Shown here piece by piece: positions 38,882 to 52,720 of a stretch of DNA of 64,000 nucleotides; position 1 is the stretch's first letter; every line of letters starts with the position of its first letter. Under the pieces are notes generated by a model. The model was given only the letters and a program-made list of their open reading frames with translations. It ran no database searches and was not told the DNA's origin. The position numbers were made by a program, and so were the translations under genes. Origin of the DNA: Lingula anatina (lineage: Eukaryota > Animalia > Brachiopoda); NCBI GenBank assembly GCA_051362555.1, contig CM120641.1, positions 48,738,401-48,802,400 of the forward strand, read 5' to 3'.

Positions 38882-41800
38882 TCAGTAATTGTGGTGTCTG
38901 CTGTAATGATGGTTGCTATGACGATGGTCATGACCTCTGTGGTGAAAATGGTTGGAGTGGTGATAGCGATCCTCAAATCTCTCTCGACCTTTGCTCTGAA
39001 AAAAAGACAAATATAATTTAAATTATAGTCAAAAGTATTACTTTTACCAAATTCAACAATTAAACTACAAAAGAACTTGAGATATAATAGCACAACATAA
39101 TACCATGCACTGAGGAAGGACACAATGTGACCAAAAGCTTTGTGAGGTATATAACTTCAATTTTGTGTAGAAGGCCAAAAATTTTAACTTATGATAAAGA
39201 TGCACGTTCATTTGTTTTTCAAGAGCTCCATTGCCATTCCTCAAGGAGGTGGAGAACAGAGAGAAAGCACCTATACTAAAGAAAACAGATGATCACAGCT
39301 TACATTGTTTTTATGCCAGTTCTTCATGTCCTGATGTCTCTGGAATGGATTGTCTCCATACCCCACTGCATCATGCTCAGAGTGACGGCGACGGACTTTC
39401 TTAGCCTAAAATGATCAAATTTTTTACTCCATAAGTTTTGCTACAGTTTTATCTGAATGAAACAGCTACCCTTTGCAATAACTTATTACATCCCACTTCA
39501 AAATACTTCATTTTCCCCAATGAAATTTCTTTTCAAGTCAAACAAACTAGTGTTTTGATAATGCGCAAGTATCCACATCTGGGGTGGCGCTAGTAATTTT
39601 CTTCCCTTAGCCATATCACCATTTTTTTGTCAAATTGTTATCCAAATGGTTATAATTCGACTAAAACAAGTCAAATCAAGGCCTTTCTGTTTAGCCAATT
39701 TAAGACAGTTTTAGCATTTGGCTAAAATGGCAAGTGTTACCGCTACCACAGCATTAAAACACAACAATTTTAAGCAGGATGTATTTTGCCCTCTCTCACC
39801 TTTCCTCTGTCAATGTCTTCATCATAGTCTTCTGACCAGCGTCGTTTCTTCTCTCTCTGGCGTTCTTTTTCATCCTCCTCATCTACATGACTGCGACCTC
39901 CCTCCCACGAGGACACTGTTCAAAGGAAAGATCACGGAATCACAAATGCTTCTACACAGGGACAACAGTTCACAAAATTGCCTGATATAAAGATTAACAT
40001 GCATCTCTCCTACACAACCTCAACATTAAACCAATATAAAACATAATACAGCTAGTTGATTTTACAGATTCACCTTCATCATAAAAGTTTTAACTTGTGG
40101 AGAACATTACTGTGACAGTTTTCAAACTTCATTTGAAGAGAACAGTTTGGTCCACCAAGCCCCCAATTTTTTGATGCTAAAATTCAGATGTGTTCTACTG
40201 CATGGGTCACCTACCCGTGTTCCCGTAGCCATGGCGTGAACTTTTCTCCAGCTGCTCGGCAACGCTGGCTTTTCTTGTGCCATCCCAGGATGCACTGGTT
40301 TTGGCGGTGGCCGAGGTGTCACTCTGATAATGTCTGACGTAGCCGTCTTTCACATCCTTGTCCCAATTATATACAGGAGCTAAGAAAACAGTAACCTATA
40401 ATTATTCCTAAATCAACAGATGCATTTTTGTAAATGTCCTATTATATAAATGAAGACAAAATTTAAAAACAAATTAAGTTACAGTGAGATGAGCAAACAA
40501 AAAATGTCCACATTTTACAAATCATTGAAGGTCAAGTTTACTCAAATAAATGCTATGATACGTAACAAAATCTACACAACAGTAAAACCCACAGCCAAGT
40601 CAGATAATCATCTAAAGCCTAACAGCACAGCTATTATAAACCCACCTTGGGTCTCCCTGCTGACTGTTCCCAGAGAGTCTTTAGTCTTCTCCACCCATCT
40701 GATCTCAAAGTCCTCCTTGATCTTCCTGGACAACTTCCTGTCCCTGTCGGAGCTCTCGCTGCTGGACAGCCTCTTCCTGTCCCTGTCGGAGCTCTCGCTG
40801 CTAGACTGCCTTTTCCTTTTGGAGCTGTGACCATTAGTGTCAGCGTGAGATCTGACTTTGGCTGTGTGTTCATCACCACTGGACAGCAAAAGTTCTCTCT
40901 CTTCATCCGATCCACTGTCTTTCCTCTTCTTTTTCTTCTTCTTGTGTTTTTTCTTGGATTCTGACTTGTGACCCAGTTTCTTCTCCATGGATTCCTTGTC
41001 TTTATCTTTGTTTTTGTGCTTTTTGTGTTTCTTGTGTTTTTTGTGTTTCTTTCCAGAGGATGAGGAGAAGTCGGAGTCATTGCAGTTGTTGTTATTTCTG
41101 TAACCATTCAACAGTGGCTCAGTGTCCGGCACACAAACCCTGTGGTCATCCTCAATGTCATGTGACTCTCTGACCTTGTGACCCGTGTCCTTGACCTTAT
41201 GACCTTCAGCAGGTGCATGGCTGTTCAGAAAAGATGAGGCAGTTTCTCCACTCTTTGATATTTCTGAAACAGGAGAAGCAACAATCCTGCTTTCCTTTGA
41301 CGTCTTCTCTGATTTTCCAAGTTGCTTGGGGTAAGTTTTAGACGATGAATCAGCAGTTTTTGCTCCTTCACTGGACTCCTCTTTAATCTCCATTTTGACT
41401 ATCCATCCAGGTTGTATGTCATGGCTGTGACGCCAGGTGTGGTTGTTTTCGCTGACGTGCCACTCTGTTGTAGAGTTGACGCTGGTGTTACTGGACTCGG
41501 AGGCTAAAGAAGGCGAGATGGCAGCAGTGGAGTCATTGAGATGCCATGCTGTCGTGGCCTTGACCTTGTGACTAGCTGGACTCATCACTAGAGACAGATG
41601 ACCGCTGTCACTGAGTGACCTCTTCAGTGGACTACCATTGGGGACCTTGATATCTGCTGCCGTGTTCACACTGGAGTTAGGCCGTTCTGAGTTCTTGGTG
41701 TCTCTGTGAGAAGACACAGGGAGCAGAGACTTAGAAGAGCCAGGGACAGTCACAGTGGCAGGCAAATCTGCTCCTAAGCTTGTCTTGGTCCCTTTATCAT

Positions 41801-44800
41801 CCACACTGACATCTTTTCCTGAATTGTTGGACCCTCCTTGTTCCCCCTCTCCTCTTTTCTTCTTCTTCATCTTGCTGTCCTGATCTGATGAGGAGTCGGA
41901 GGAATCTCCCTCATATGGGACTAACTTTGAGTTGCCACAGCTATGGGAGGATGATCTCTCTTCTGTGTAAGATTTCCCATTTTTGATGTGCATCACAATC
42001 CTGGGTTTGCTCTGTTCTTGCACTGGTGCTGCCCTCTGTGGGATCTTTATTCCAAAGGATATTTTATTCCTGTTAGCTGGCAGCGGGGAGGTGATGTTCT
42101 GGGTGCCATGTTTGTTATTGCTGGCTGGTATTGTGGCTGGTGATCTGGGAACTGGAGAACCCATCTCTTTACTGCCATGATCTGAATACAACACACAAAG
42201 TATTAAATACAGACCCATAGGGACACATTAAGATCCAGTGGTAAATATCCTGAGTGGCTGTTCTATTTATCTTGACAAAGTTGTCTTAATAAGTCTAAAA
42301 TAGAGCTTGACTAGCACATTAAAAATTTTGAAGGGCACCCTCCCTCCCAACTTCTTGTGAACATTTCAATTCTTCAACGTGAATTAAAAGCAAGCCATAC
42401 ACAGTGTAGATTAAATGAATTTCACCAATACCTGCTCCCCCCCCCCCATTAAAATAAAGTAAACAGAATAACTTTCAATATTTATGGTAAACAATTTAAT
42501 CAGCAATATAACAAATTCTTCTTCATATATTAATATATACCTGTGTTTCCATTCACCTTGACCTGATTAAACTTTCCTTGTAGACCAGTGGGCAGCTGTG
42601 GACCTATGGGGGCCTAGGGTGAAAACAAATCAATAATTATATCCTGTGTCTCAAAATACATCAAAAATCCACAGCTCTGAAAAATCCAGGTTACCGGCAG
42701 ACGACTGTCAGTGGGAAACATCAACATGCTAGTGGTGATTTATCTGATAATGAAGCCACTGCTCTTAGACCTTACATTTTTAAGGTGTGGACCTTTTCAA
42801 AAGACAGAGTAACTGGTGTTCTAAGTGTTTGAGACATACAGCTCTTGGCAGCAAGGTTTTAGCAAAAGGTCATGTGTGCTATGCATAAACTAAAATAATT
42901 ACAAAATATATCAGCATTCATTCTGAAGATTACCTCTGTAATATACAATAATAAAAGAATGATAATGATGGCAAAACACTTGCTGAACATTACTCCTGGT
43001 CTTACCTTGCTTGTCATTCCCAGCTTTTTAGCAGCCTTGTCACATCTGATATAAAACAACAGGTAGGCTTCTGAACTCATCACACGACTCAGACTAGTTT
43101 GTGACACCTGAAAGAAAGACAGTACACATACATTAAGAGTTTTAGGTGACAAGCCCATCATAAAAAAAAAATTCAAAGTTTTGATATTTCTCTCCTAATA
43201 TCAGCAAAAATTTTACCCTTTCGATTTACTCAAATCACTTTATCCAAAGCAACTTTTTAATATGGATTTGACTTGCATTTATCCCACACAAAATTCACTG
43301 TCATTCTGATCTTTTTGTTAAATTCTATTTTTAACCCCCACAAAAAAATGCAATTCGTAAGTTATTCAAATGGCACATATGAGTAATTTCATTTTATTTG
43401 TTTATTCACTCAAGTCAAACAAATGAAATATAGAAGCTGATCGTAGGTATTACCAGGTTTATCTTACCATAGAATCATTCATGCAGTACCATGTCTGGTT
43501 GCTGCCACGAACATAGCAGTAATAATGACCTGAGGTACAGGCGAGTCCAGAGTGTACCAAGACAGCATACAACTGATACATCACAGGGTCACCCTAGAAC
43601 ACAATGGATAGAAATACAAGTGATAACAGTAGTTATGACCTGAGGTACAGGCAGGTCCAGAGTGTACCAAGACAGCATATAACTGATACATCACAGGGTC
43701 ACCCTAGAACATAATGGATAGAAATACAAGTGATAACAGTAGTAATGACCTGAGGTACAGGCGAGTCCAGAGTGTACAAAGATCCAAGCAAACCTTGTAA
43801 GAAAAGTTTGAGTAATGTCACATGTTGTTCTTCAAGTTTATTCATAATTTAACATAAAAATATCGTATTTAACAGCTTTTACAGAAAATAATTTTAAAAT
43901 AATTAGTACAGTGGAAAGAAAATTTTTTATTTTGTACCTGTTTCTGACTCATGTAAGGCCTCAAGTTCATCTTCTCTGCAAACTGAATATGTCGTGTAAT
44001 CTTCCCCCCAAAACACCGGTTGTAATCAAATCTGAAATATATATATTGATGTTGTCAAATAATCAGACATCGTTCATTGCTGACTTTGTAAGAAAATCTA
44101 AAATATAGCTGATAATGAAAAATAATCAAGCACAGTTAAATGATGACTTTTTAGCTGAAGAAATAGCAGTTTTTCAACTTTGTGAAAAAAAAACATACTG
44201 ATTCTAATCTCTCACCTTTTCAACTGGAGGGTAAGTACATTGGGGGGGACATGGATTGTGAATCTCTTCTGGGCAGGTACTTTTTGCTTGCACCTACAAA
44301 TGAAAGATGGAAAATGCTGAAATCACTGACAAAGAAAAAAAAAAAACAGGTTCAAATCAAGGGAAAAAATAGTTACCAAAGTAACAACAGGGAGACCGAA
44401 ATTACTTCATAAATGTTGACACAAGTCTATGTCAGTCTACTTGACACATAATATATCTAATATATTTATAACTACTTTCCCAATTGCACAGTGTCATTGC
44501 ATGGAATGAAACTTACTTAGTACACAGATATGCATTATCACTCTCCAGTGTCTCTGGCTGAATATAGCGGTCCAATGCTTTCTGGACTGTGGGAACACCC
44601 TGATGACAAAAATCAAATTTCATAGTAAATAAAAAAATCTTCGCCATGGCTCACTAAATTGAACGCATCATAAAGTTACATTCACAATCAACAAGAAATA
44701 ATTAATTTTTTCAATATCTAAACAAGTTACTTCTTTATATTGAATTTAACAGAAAAGTACTTGTAAAAATCTTAAAATTATCTCCATTCAAAACAAATAC

Positions 44801-47252
44801 CTTGATATCAAGACTTATGTCCATGGCAGGATCATATGTGTCTGACTTTTCCTTACATCGTAGGCATTGCACTGAAAAGTAGATGTAGTATTACAAAGTT
44901 GTTCAAAATTTCAAAAAAGTATTTTGGCTAAATAACGCAAGGAAAGAGAGAGAAATATGCTTTTCATCTCTGATAACAGAATCTCATTTTCTTTTTACCG
45001 TTTATAGTTAAAATACCTACTAAATACAGAACAATGAAGTGTTCTTACCTTGACTTCTTAGCATGCAACCAAATATTTGGTTTACAACAGTGGTCTCCTT
45101 GCTGAATCTATCAAGTCTTGAAAAATAAGATTTTCATTCTCATCTTAGTATATCAAGACACCAACAATATTAATCAGAATATCTTCACATAACAATATTA
45201 CTTTAACATATTGATATTTCTATTACATACTGATGTCATATTTAAAAAACACAAGCAACTTGCACATTCTTTTTTTAATAAAACAAAAGCAACAAAACAT
45301 CCACCATACACTGAAGCTCATATAATTTTTACTTACTTTGTGTATCCATTGAGGCAAGATTTCTGCATTCCGTCTATCACATATCTGAGGAATTCGTGAG
45401 AATCCTCCTGTCTTCCCCAGTGCATGTGCTTGGCTATGACTGAAACAAAGGATAGCTGACTTTTAGGTTTAGCTGACTTTTATGCTTAGTTTTTACTCAA
45501 GCTTACATCACCGAAACAAAGTATAATTGACTTTAGCCTTGGATCTTACTCAAACATACATGACTGAAACTTTCAAACTTTGTTCATACTCACACACAAA
45601 ATATTTTTCATGAGTGTACCATGCAGATGAAACAAGTATCTATTATATGGCACCTTACACTGTAAAGAAAATCTAAATCCACCAGTGAAAACTCACATTT
45701 AATCTTTTGTATGATGGTCTGTGGTCGTATTGTTCCTCCAGAGTTGTCAAAACAGCGCCGCACATGTCTCTGGAACTCGCACATCAGACAGAAACCCACA
45801 ATTTTACCTGGGAAAATAATATAAATACGATCAAAACTGAGTAAAGATAGATATGATCATGGCATTGTCTTATTGAGAGCTGAATAAATATACAGAGGCG
45901 ATTGTATATTTGGACTGGATGATAAAAATTAGATAATGTTGATAAGCAGCTTCATACAGAAGCCCCCCAAATCAACATCCCAATTTGAAGACACAGGCTG
46001 GGGTAGTGCTAGCAATTTTTTTTGCTTAGCCAAATCACCACATTTTTGTCAATTTGTTATCAAAATGGTTATAATTTGGCTAAAACAAGTCAAATCAAGC
46101 CCTTTTTCTTTAGGCAATTTAAGTCAGTTTTAGCATTTGGCTAAATTGGCGAGTGTTAGCGCTACCCCAGACAGGGTGTTGACATAAAGACAGTGACAGT
46201 ATACAGACCAGTACAGATCAAACCAGAGAATTTGTGCACAGAAGGTCCTGTCAGCATATTGTTGTTTCAGCCAAACATGACAAATCGGCAAAATATTTTG
46301 AAATCTTTCCATCAGAGAGCAACTGGAAAGCAGTACAAATATGAGCTAAAGAAATAACATGGGTTTATACACCTTTGTTAGAACAGAGTCAATGATATCA
46401 ACATATCAATGTACTTACATGTCTGTTCATGTTCTCCTGATATCAGAAAGTTGGCCAGAGGAGGAGTATATGTGAGACACTGCAGTGTTGAGTTCAGGAA
46501 GCATGTGTTTCCCAGGTTGTGCAGTCCCGCCCCTATCTTGCGGACTCCGTTCCAGTCCAGTTTGACTTTCTCAGGTGGGTAGAGGACAACCTTAGGAACT
46601 GGGGCACTGTTGTTGTTATCGTCACTACCATTCCTGGCACTCATTTTACTGCTGCTGGCATCTGAGATAGAACAATAACACTGAACTAGTTTTTATTATT
46701 TCACATATCCTGCATGAAACAATGATCTTCAAATAAAAAGGAAGAATTCTGGTTGTAAGCTTAAAACTTTTTTTTTTTAATTATCTACACATGCTTTTAA
46801 AGTCACCAGTGACAGGTACTGTGGTATATGTCAATAATATTGATTTTTCATTGCAAATGAACACCTTGATCATATATGTATAATAAAAACAACATTAAAA
46901 CAAACTAAATTACTGCAACCCTGCAGATATAAATACTAAAAAAATTACATTTTTTTAGCCCACTGTTTTAATTCCAAAAGCAACACTTACTGCTATTGTG
47001 ACTACCATTTGTGTTTTCAGATGATTTCTGACTTGGATTCAGCTTAATATACTTGTTCTTTAACAGGTCCAGTTGCATGGAATGTGGCTTACTTGCAGGT
47101 TTAAAGTCTATCTTATGTAAAACCACCTGTACTGAGGAAGCTGCTAGCTTGTCCTTGATGCTGGTCTCCCTAGTACTCAGTGAGGAACGCAGACTCTCCT
47201 CTATCTGAGAGACTGGGTCCTCCACGGAATTAGCTGGCATTTGGAGTAACAT
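38882..47252 (-). CDS. USP36: Ubiquitin carboxyl-terminal hydrolase 36/42-like, 17 coding exons
   Basis: Exons 46991-47252, 46419-46661 (Cys box [18 protein letters not shown]), 45697-45807, 45337-45439 (QEDSHEFL), 45049-45116, 44801-44871, 44517-44599, 44216-44293 (LQLKR), 43938-44031, 43468-43593 (His box VHSG..SGHYY, MND), 43006-43107 (AYLLFY), 42541-42613, 40646-42181 (low complexity, Lys-rich), 40215-40379, 39800-39915 ([10 protein letters not shown]), 39304-39405 (NPFQ), 38882-38995. Probable non-coding first exon with donor at 48628. Confidence 0.95.
39579..39751. mobile_element. MITE family B, copy 1 (about 173 bp)
   Basis: CTGGGGTGGCGCTA..TACCGCTACCACAG terminal inverted repeats; near-identical to 45998-46170. 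Confidence 0.8.
43517..43780 (-). repeat. 110-bp tandem duplication (about 2.4 copies) of the USP36 His-box exon acceptor and 5' part
   Basis: ATGACCTGAGGTACAGGC..CACCCTAGAAC..TACAAGTGATAACAGT recurs with a 110-nt period. Confidence 0.95.
45998..46170. mobile_element. MITE family B, copy 2
   Basis: CTGGGGTAGTGCTA..TAGCGCTACCCCAG TIRs; same internal sequence as 39579-39751. Confidence 0.8.
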
Positions 47253-48628
47253 TCACTGTAGAAAATATTTTCTGAAAATATCAAATAAATGTGAAGGGCT
47301 GAATTACTGAGGAATTTTTTTACCCAAACGTTACACCCTTCAGCAAATTATATTTATAAAAATAACTGTACTTTTCAAAAACTGTCAGCTTAAGAGATAT
47401 GGTTTTTTTAATCAGCACTGCAGATTTTAACCAAAAATGCATTTCAGCAAATCATTCCATGGGATCACAAGGAACTATACTAATGACTATCTCTTCAATA
47501 GTAAAAAAATTATCAAAATAGTCTATGTACATAATTTTATAACCACAAAATTATATTTCTATATAGTATTTGTGGTGCTTTTACAGCACAGAATAGAACT
47601 ATAGAGTAGCCTGCTGTTTGATGTTATTGACACCACCAATAGGAATGGACTTATAAATTTACAAAAAATATTAATTAAATTCTAGAAAAGATATAGTTTC
47701 TGTAAAATTCACAATTTTCCCCACTGAAAAGATCTAGCATTTACTGTAACTTCTGAAAATTCACTATACTTTACAAAGTTGCTAGATGGAAAGTAGAAGA
47801 TATTCACTCTATTTATTCCATTTTTTTAAAATATTATATTTATCCAAAGACAAACTTCATCTTTTTCAAGTTGGTCAGAAATGGCATTTAGTGAAGTAAA
47901 GTGGCCTGAAAATGTATGTGATTATGGAATATTTGATTACTTGGATGGTTGCCACTTAGAGTGACACTCAACAAAAAATTTAAGTTCTAAGCAAACAGTT
48001 CAAAATAATATCTTGTATGGATATTTATATGTGTTACTTTTGAAACAATGTGCAGTAAAATACAGATCACAAAAATATGGCAGACTGACCAAAGAAGTCA
48101 AGTCAACAGCGCAGGGTGTTACGATGAAAATACTTCATGGAACTTTTTTGTTGTACTAGGTTTTCAGAGATAACAAATTCATGCACTTGTTAATATTTGT
48201 CTGAGCATTAAAAACACCAGTTAGAGTGTTATCGCGGTACGGATAAGAAGGAGTCAATGACCTCAATTTAGCTGTACTCGCGCGGTAGTAACTGCAACAT
48301 TAAATGTAAAAAGATAGTTCCTGCTTTGAAAAATTACAACCACATTATATCAGGCTCCGTGAATACTTCCCTAACAACACTTGGCCGTTAACGATATGGG
48401 TAAAAACCTTTATATACATAGGGAAATATTCCTTTCAGTTTCTCACATAAAGCGATAAATTAAAAATTGAACCACGTTGTTCAATACGGTATAATGTGCT
48501 ACCGGCGACCGACTAAGGTCAGATGTTTAGGTGAATTCAACGATTAATGTTATATTTCTTTCAGACATATGGAATTATCATTTATCGGCTTAATTTAATA
48601 TATAATCAAATAACTAAAGCATTCTTAC

Positions 48629-48752
48629 CTTTTACCAAAATTTCTCCGAGAATCCTTAGAGATAGCTACCTTTATCCGGGCATTTTCGATTGTCCTCTTG
48701 TAACGCATGCGAACTGTGCAACTTCCTGTTTACATCCTGGTCCTTTTCAAAC
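48629..48752. promoter_or_regulatory. Compact bidirectional promoter (USP36 / small mitochondrial-like gene)
   Basis: Minus-strand donor AG|GTAAGA at 48628 and plus-strand ATG at 48753 are about 125 nt apart. ETS-like ACTTCCTG (48721), NRF1-like ACGCATGCG (48703) and YY1-like AACATGGC at the ATG; locally CpG-richer. Confidence 0.6.
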
Positions 48753-50966
48753 ATGGCTGCGCTCAGGGCGAGCAGACGTTTCTCTGTTACTTTTCATTAT
48801 TTTTTAGATAAGTCTTTGAAAAAATTATTTTACAACAAACAATTTAACTGTTTTAGTAGCTGGCGGAATTCTTTCAATTGCGCATTCACGAATTGTTGTC
48901 ATTCACATGGAGAGCCACGAGTTTGTAACCTTAAATTACCACAGGGCCTTGGCCTAGGGCTAAGTTCTTCCAAAAGCCTACATGCGTCCTCGCTCTCACA
49001 GCAGCAGCAGCGTGAATTAACTAAGGCCAGCATGAATCTTAAGGATCCAGCTCCGCTACTCAACCATAAAAGAAATTGCCAGACATCACGAGATCTTTCC
49101 GACGATGAAGTGAGAAAATCTATTGAAGATATCGCAGACCAATTTAAGGAGGCTAGAGAACTCTTGGAAGATGCTGTAAGCACTGCTATGCCTGTGGCGA
49201 CTAGGTGTTCTTCCTTCCCAAAATTAGTATTGTCAGCTAATATGCTTATTTAACCGTAACTGGACTTTTATAATAACATTTTGAAGTCGGTTTAGAAGTC
49301 GCCGTAAGGCGTGATGTGATGAAGAATATTTTCGTGCTTAAATTTTTATGTACAGACACAGATGTGTCTGTACATATAGCCGTCATCTGCGTCTGTCGTC
49401 GCCGTCGTCGCCGTCGCTGTCGCCGTCGCCGTCGCCGTGCACTTTTACCGATAACACGATAAGTGGAAAACTGTTTTTTCTTTTGGCTTGAAACTTACAG
49501 AACTGATGAATATTCGTAATACGCAGGTCAAGTTTGAAAATCAGCATGATCGGGTCACTAATAGGGAATTTATGCTGTTTTTTCACTTTTTTCAGCATAT
49601 ATGCAGCACCGATAACACGATAAGTGGAAAACCATTTTACCTTTTGGCTTGAAACTCACAGAACTGATGAATATTCATAATACGCAGGTCAAGTTCGAAA
49701 ATCAGCATGATCGGGTCACTTATAGGGAATTTATGCTGTTTTTTCACTTTTTTCAACATATATGCAGCACCGATAACACGATAAGTGGAAAACAATTTTA
49801 CCTTTTGGCTTGAAACTTACAGAACTGATGAATATTCATAATACGGCATGATTGGGTCATTTTTAGGGAAGTAATGCTGTTTTTTCACTTTTTTCAGCAT
49901 GTATGCAACACCTTTGTGCTATATGATGGTACTGTATGGATGTCAGTCTATAAAATTGTCCCTTGGGTGATCACTAATTAAATTAAGGTCTATAAAGTCA
50001 CTTGCCTACTCATTAATTTTCAATTGGCCATTAAATGAGATTACATAAAAGACTCCTTGAGATTTCCCTGTAAAGTCCCATAGGTTTAGCTCTCTTAACT
50101 GTGTCACAAAATTAGGATTTGGTGATAATTGTGCAGATAAATGGTGTTTAACATTGCAAATAAATTTACAACAAAAAGAATGTGTTATGCCAACATGCTA
50201 TAGATGAATAACAGTGCTTTATTTTTCTCAAACTTGGTGGGGTTATTAATATCAAGTTAATACAGCTAGATTAAAAGTTTGAATAGCAGCTTTATTGGAA
50301 TTTTTTACGTTTTATTTAAAAAATTTTTAAAATTATTTTTTAAACACTAGTATCTTCAAGATGTGATTTTTTACTCCCATCCACCAGAAGTGCTGTGCAT
50401 TTTCTGTATTTTTGTATATAATTGTTATTTCTTCAGATTTAATTCTTAGGCATGTTAACAGTCTCATTATGGAACTAATAAGATATGTAAAAGTGTTGTT
50501 TTGACATTTTCTGCTTCTTAACAATATTGTTAGTTGATTATATAAAAATGACGGTAAACCTGTTATAATATTGTGCATTGTGTAATAAAGTATCATAAAT
50601 GGAAAGGAACTCATCATTGCAGTTTGTCAGATTTAATCATTCACTATGTTCAGCATCTGCAAATGGAGCAAATTGGACATTGAAAATTGTTCTATTGATA
50701 TTTTTCCTATGTCAACAATTTTCCTAGTTGAACATTTAAAAATGACAGTTTATTGATCATTTTGTTTTAAAAAAGGTGTTGAAAATGGAAAGAAAATCAT
50801 TTCAGTACAGTTATCTCTTGTTTACATTTTGGCATTTTGAAAGTGTGACTCTGAACTTCCATGGCCTTGAAGACCTTCCCAAATCACATTTTCTGAATAT
50901 TCATGATACTTTTATTTTTATGTACAGACACAGATGTGTCTGTACATATTGCCATCATCTGCGTCT

Positions 50967-50998
<32 letters not shown>

Positions 50999-52648
50999 GC
51001 ACTTTTACCGATAACACGATAAGTGGAAAACCATTTTACCTTTTGACTTGAAACTTACAGAACTGATGAATATTCATAATACGCAGGTCAAGTTCGAAAA
51101 TCAGCATGATCGGGTCACTTTTAGGGAATTTATGCTGTTTTTTCACTTTTTTCAGCATATATGCAGCACCGATAACACGATAAGTGGAAAACCATTTTAC
51201 CTTTTGACTTGAAACTTACAGAACTGATGAATATTCATAACACGCAGGTCAAGTTCGAAAATCAGCATGATTGGGCCATTTTTAGGGAATTTATGCTGTT
51301 TTTTCACTATTTTCAATATAAATACAACACTGATAACACAATATAAGAAAAACGGATTGGCCAATTATAATCATACTCACAGGAGTGGTCAATCTTACTA
51401 AAACGCAGGTTGAGTTCGAAAATCAGCATAATCAGGCCATTATTTTAGAAGTTATACTGTTTTTCACATTTCCTCAGATTCAATTCTTAGGCATGTTAAC
51501 AGTCTCATTATTTAACTAATAAGATGCCTAAAAGTGTTTGTTTGATATTTCCTGCATCTTTACAACATTGTTAGTTGATTATGTAAAAAACATGGTAAAC
51601 TTGTTATCATGTATTGTGTAATAAAGTGTTGAAAATGGAAATAAACTCATATCATTGCAGTTTGTCAGATTCAATCATCCACTATGTTCAGAATCTCAGA
51701 ATGGAGGAAATTGGACATTTAACACTGTTCTATTGATACTTTTCCCATCTCATCAATTTTCTTAGTTGGTCATATAAAATGGCAGTAAAATGTTTATTTT
51801 GTTTTATGTTAAAAAAGTGTTAAAAATGGAAATAAACCCATTTCAGAACAGTGCTGTCTTGTTTACATTTTGGCATTTTCAAGGTGTGACTTTAAAGTTC
51901 CATGATCTTGAAGACTTTTGCTTGTCACATTTTCTGAATGTCCATGTTACTAATATTTTATTAATAACATTTGATTGTCATTATGCTGTTAAACATTATG
52001 TAATGTTGCATCAAAATTTGAAGAAACCCCTATTTTGGGCACTGCTCTTATGATGACCATTTAAGGGAAATCATGTCACTTACTGTTCTCAAACTTACAG
52101 GAAAGAAACATGGGTCTAACATACAGCTTCAATAGGCAACGCAGTCTGTTTGGTAAATTTTTCTGGCAATTTAACAGTTTTTTGTGAAAATTTAATTTAT
52201 CACTTATTTGCATCTTTATTTTCTGTTCTTTGTCTGTACATTTGACAGCTTTGCTGCCTTGTTTTATAAAAAATTTGATGGTCATTATGCTGTTAAGTAT
52301 TGAGTTTTATTGCATGAAAGTTGAAGAAAACCCTATTTTGGACACTGCTGCCAGGATAGCGATTAAGGGAAAACCATGTTACTTACGATACTGAAACTTA
52401 CTGGAAGTTTCATAAGACAGAAGTGCAGCTTGTGTTTGAAAACCAGTGTGATTGTTTTCTGTTTTGGAAGCAATGCAGTTTTATAGAGTGCTATACTGGC
52501 ATTTTCAAGTTGTGACTTATCACTCCCATCTGCCAGGAGCCCTGTACTCTTACTTTGTAACATTTTCTGTATTTTGTTAAGTTACAAGAATGATTCTTAG
52601 GATTGACATACAGCAAAAAAAAAAAAAAAAATTAATAATAATAATAAT

Positions 52649-52720
<72 letters not shown>

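Noticed and set aside
40450-41107. Overlapping ORFs in other frames or strand over the large USP36 exon
   Set aside because: Shadow frames of a low-complexity coding exon with no recognisable features.
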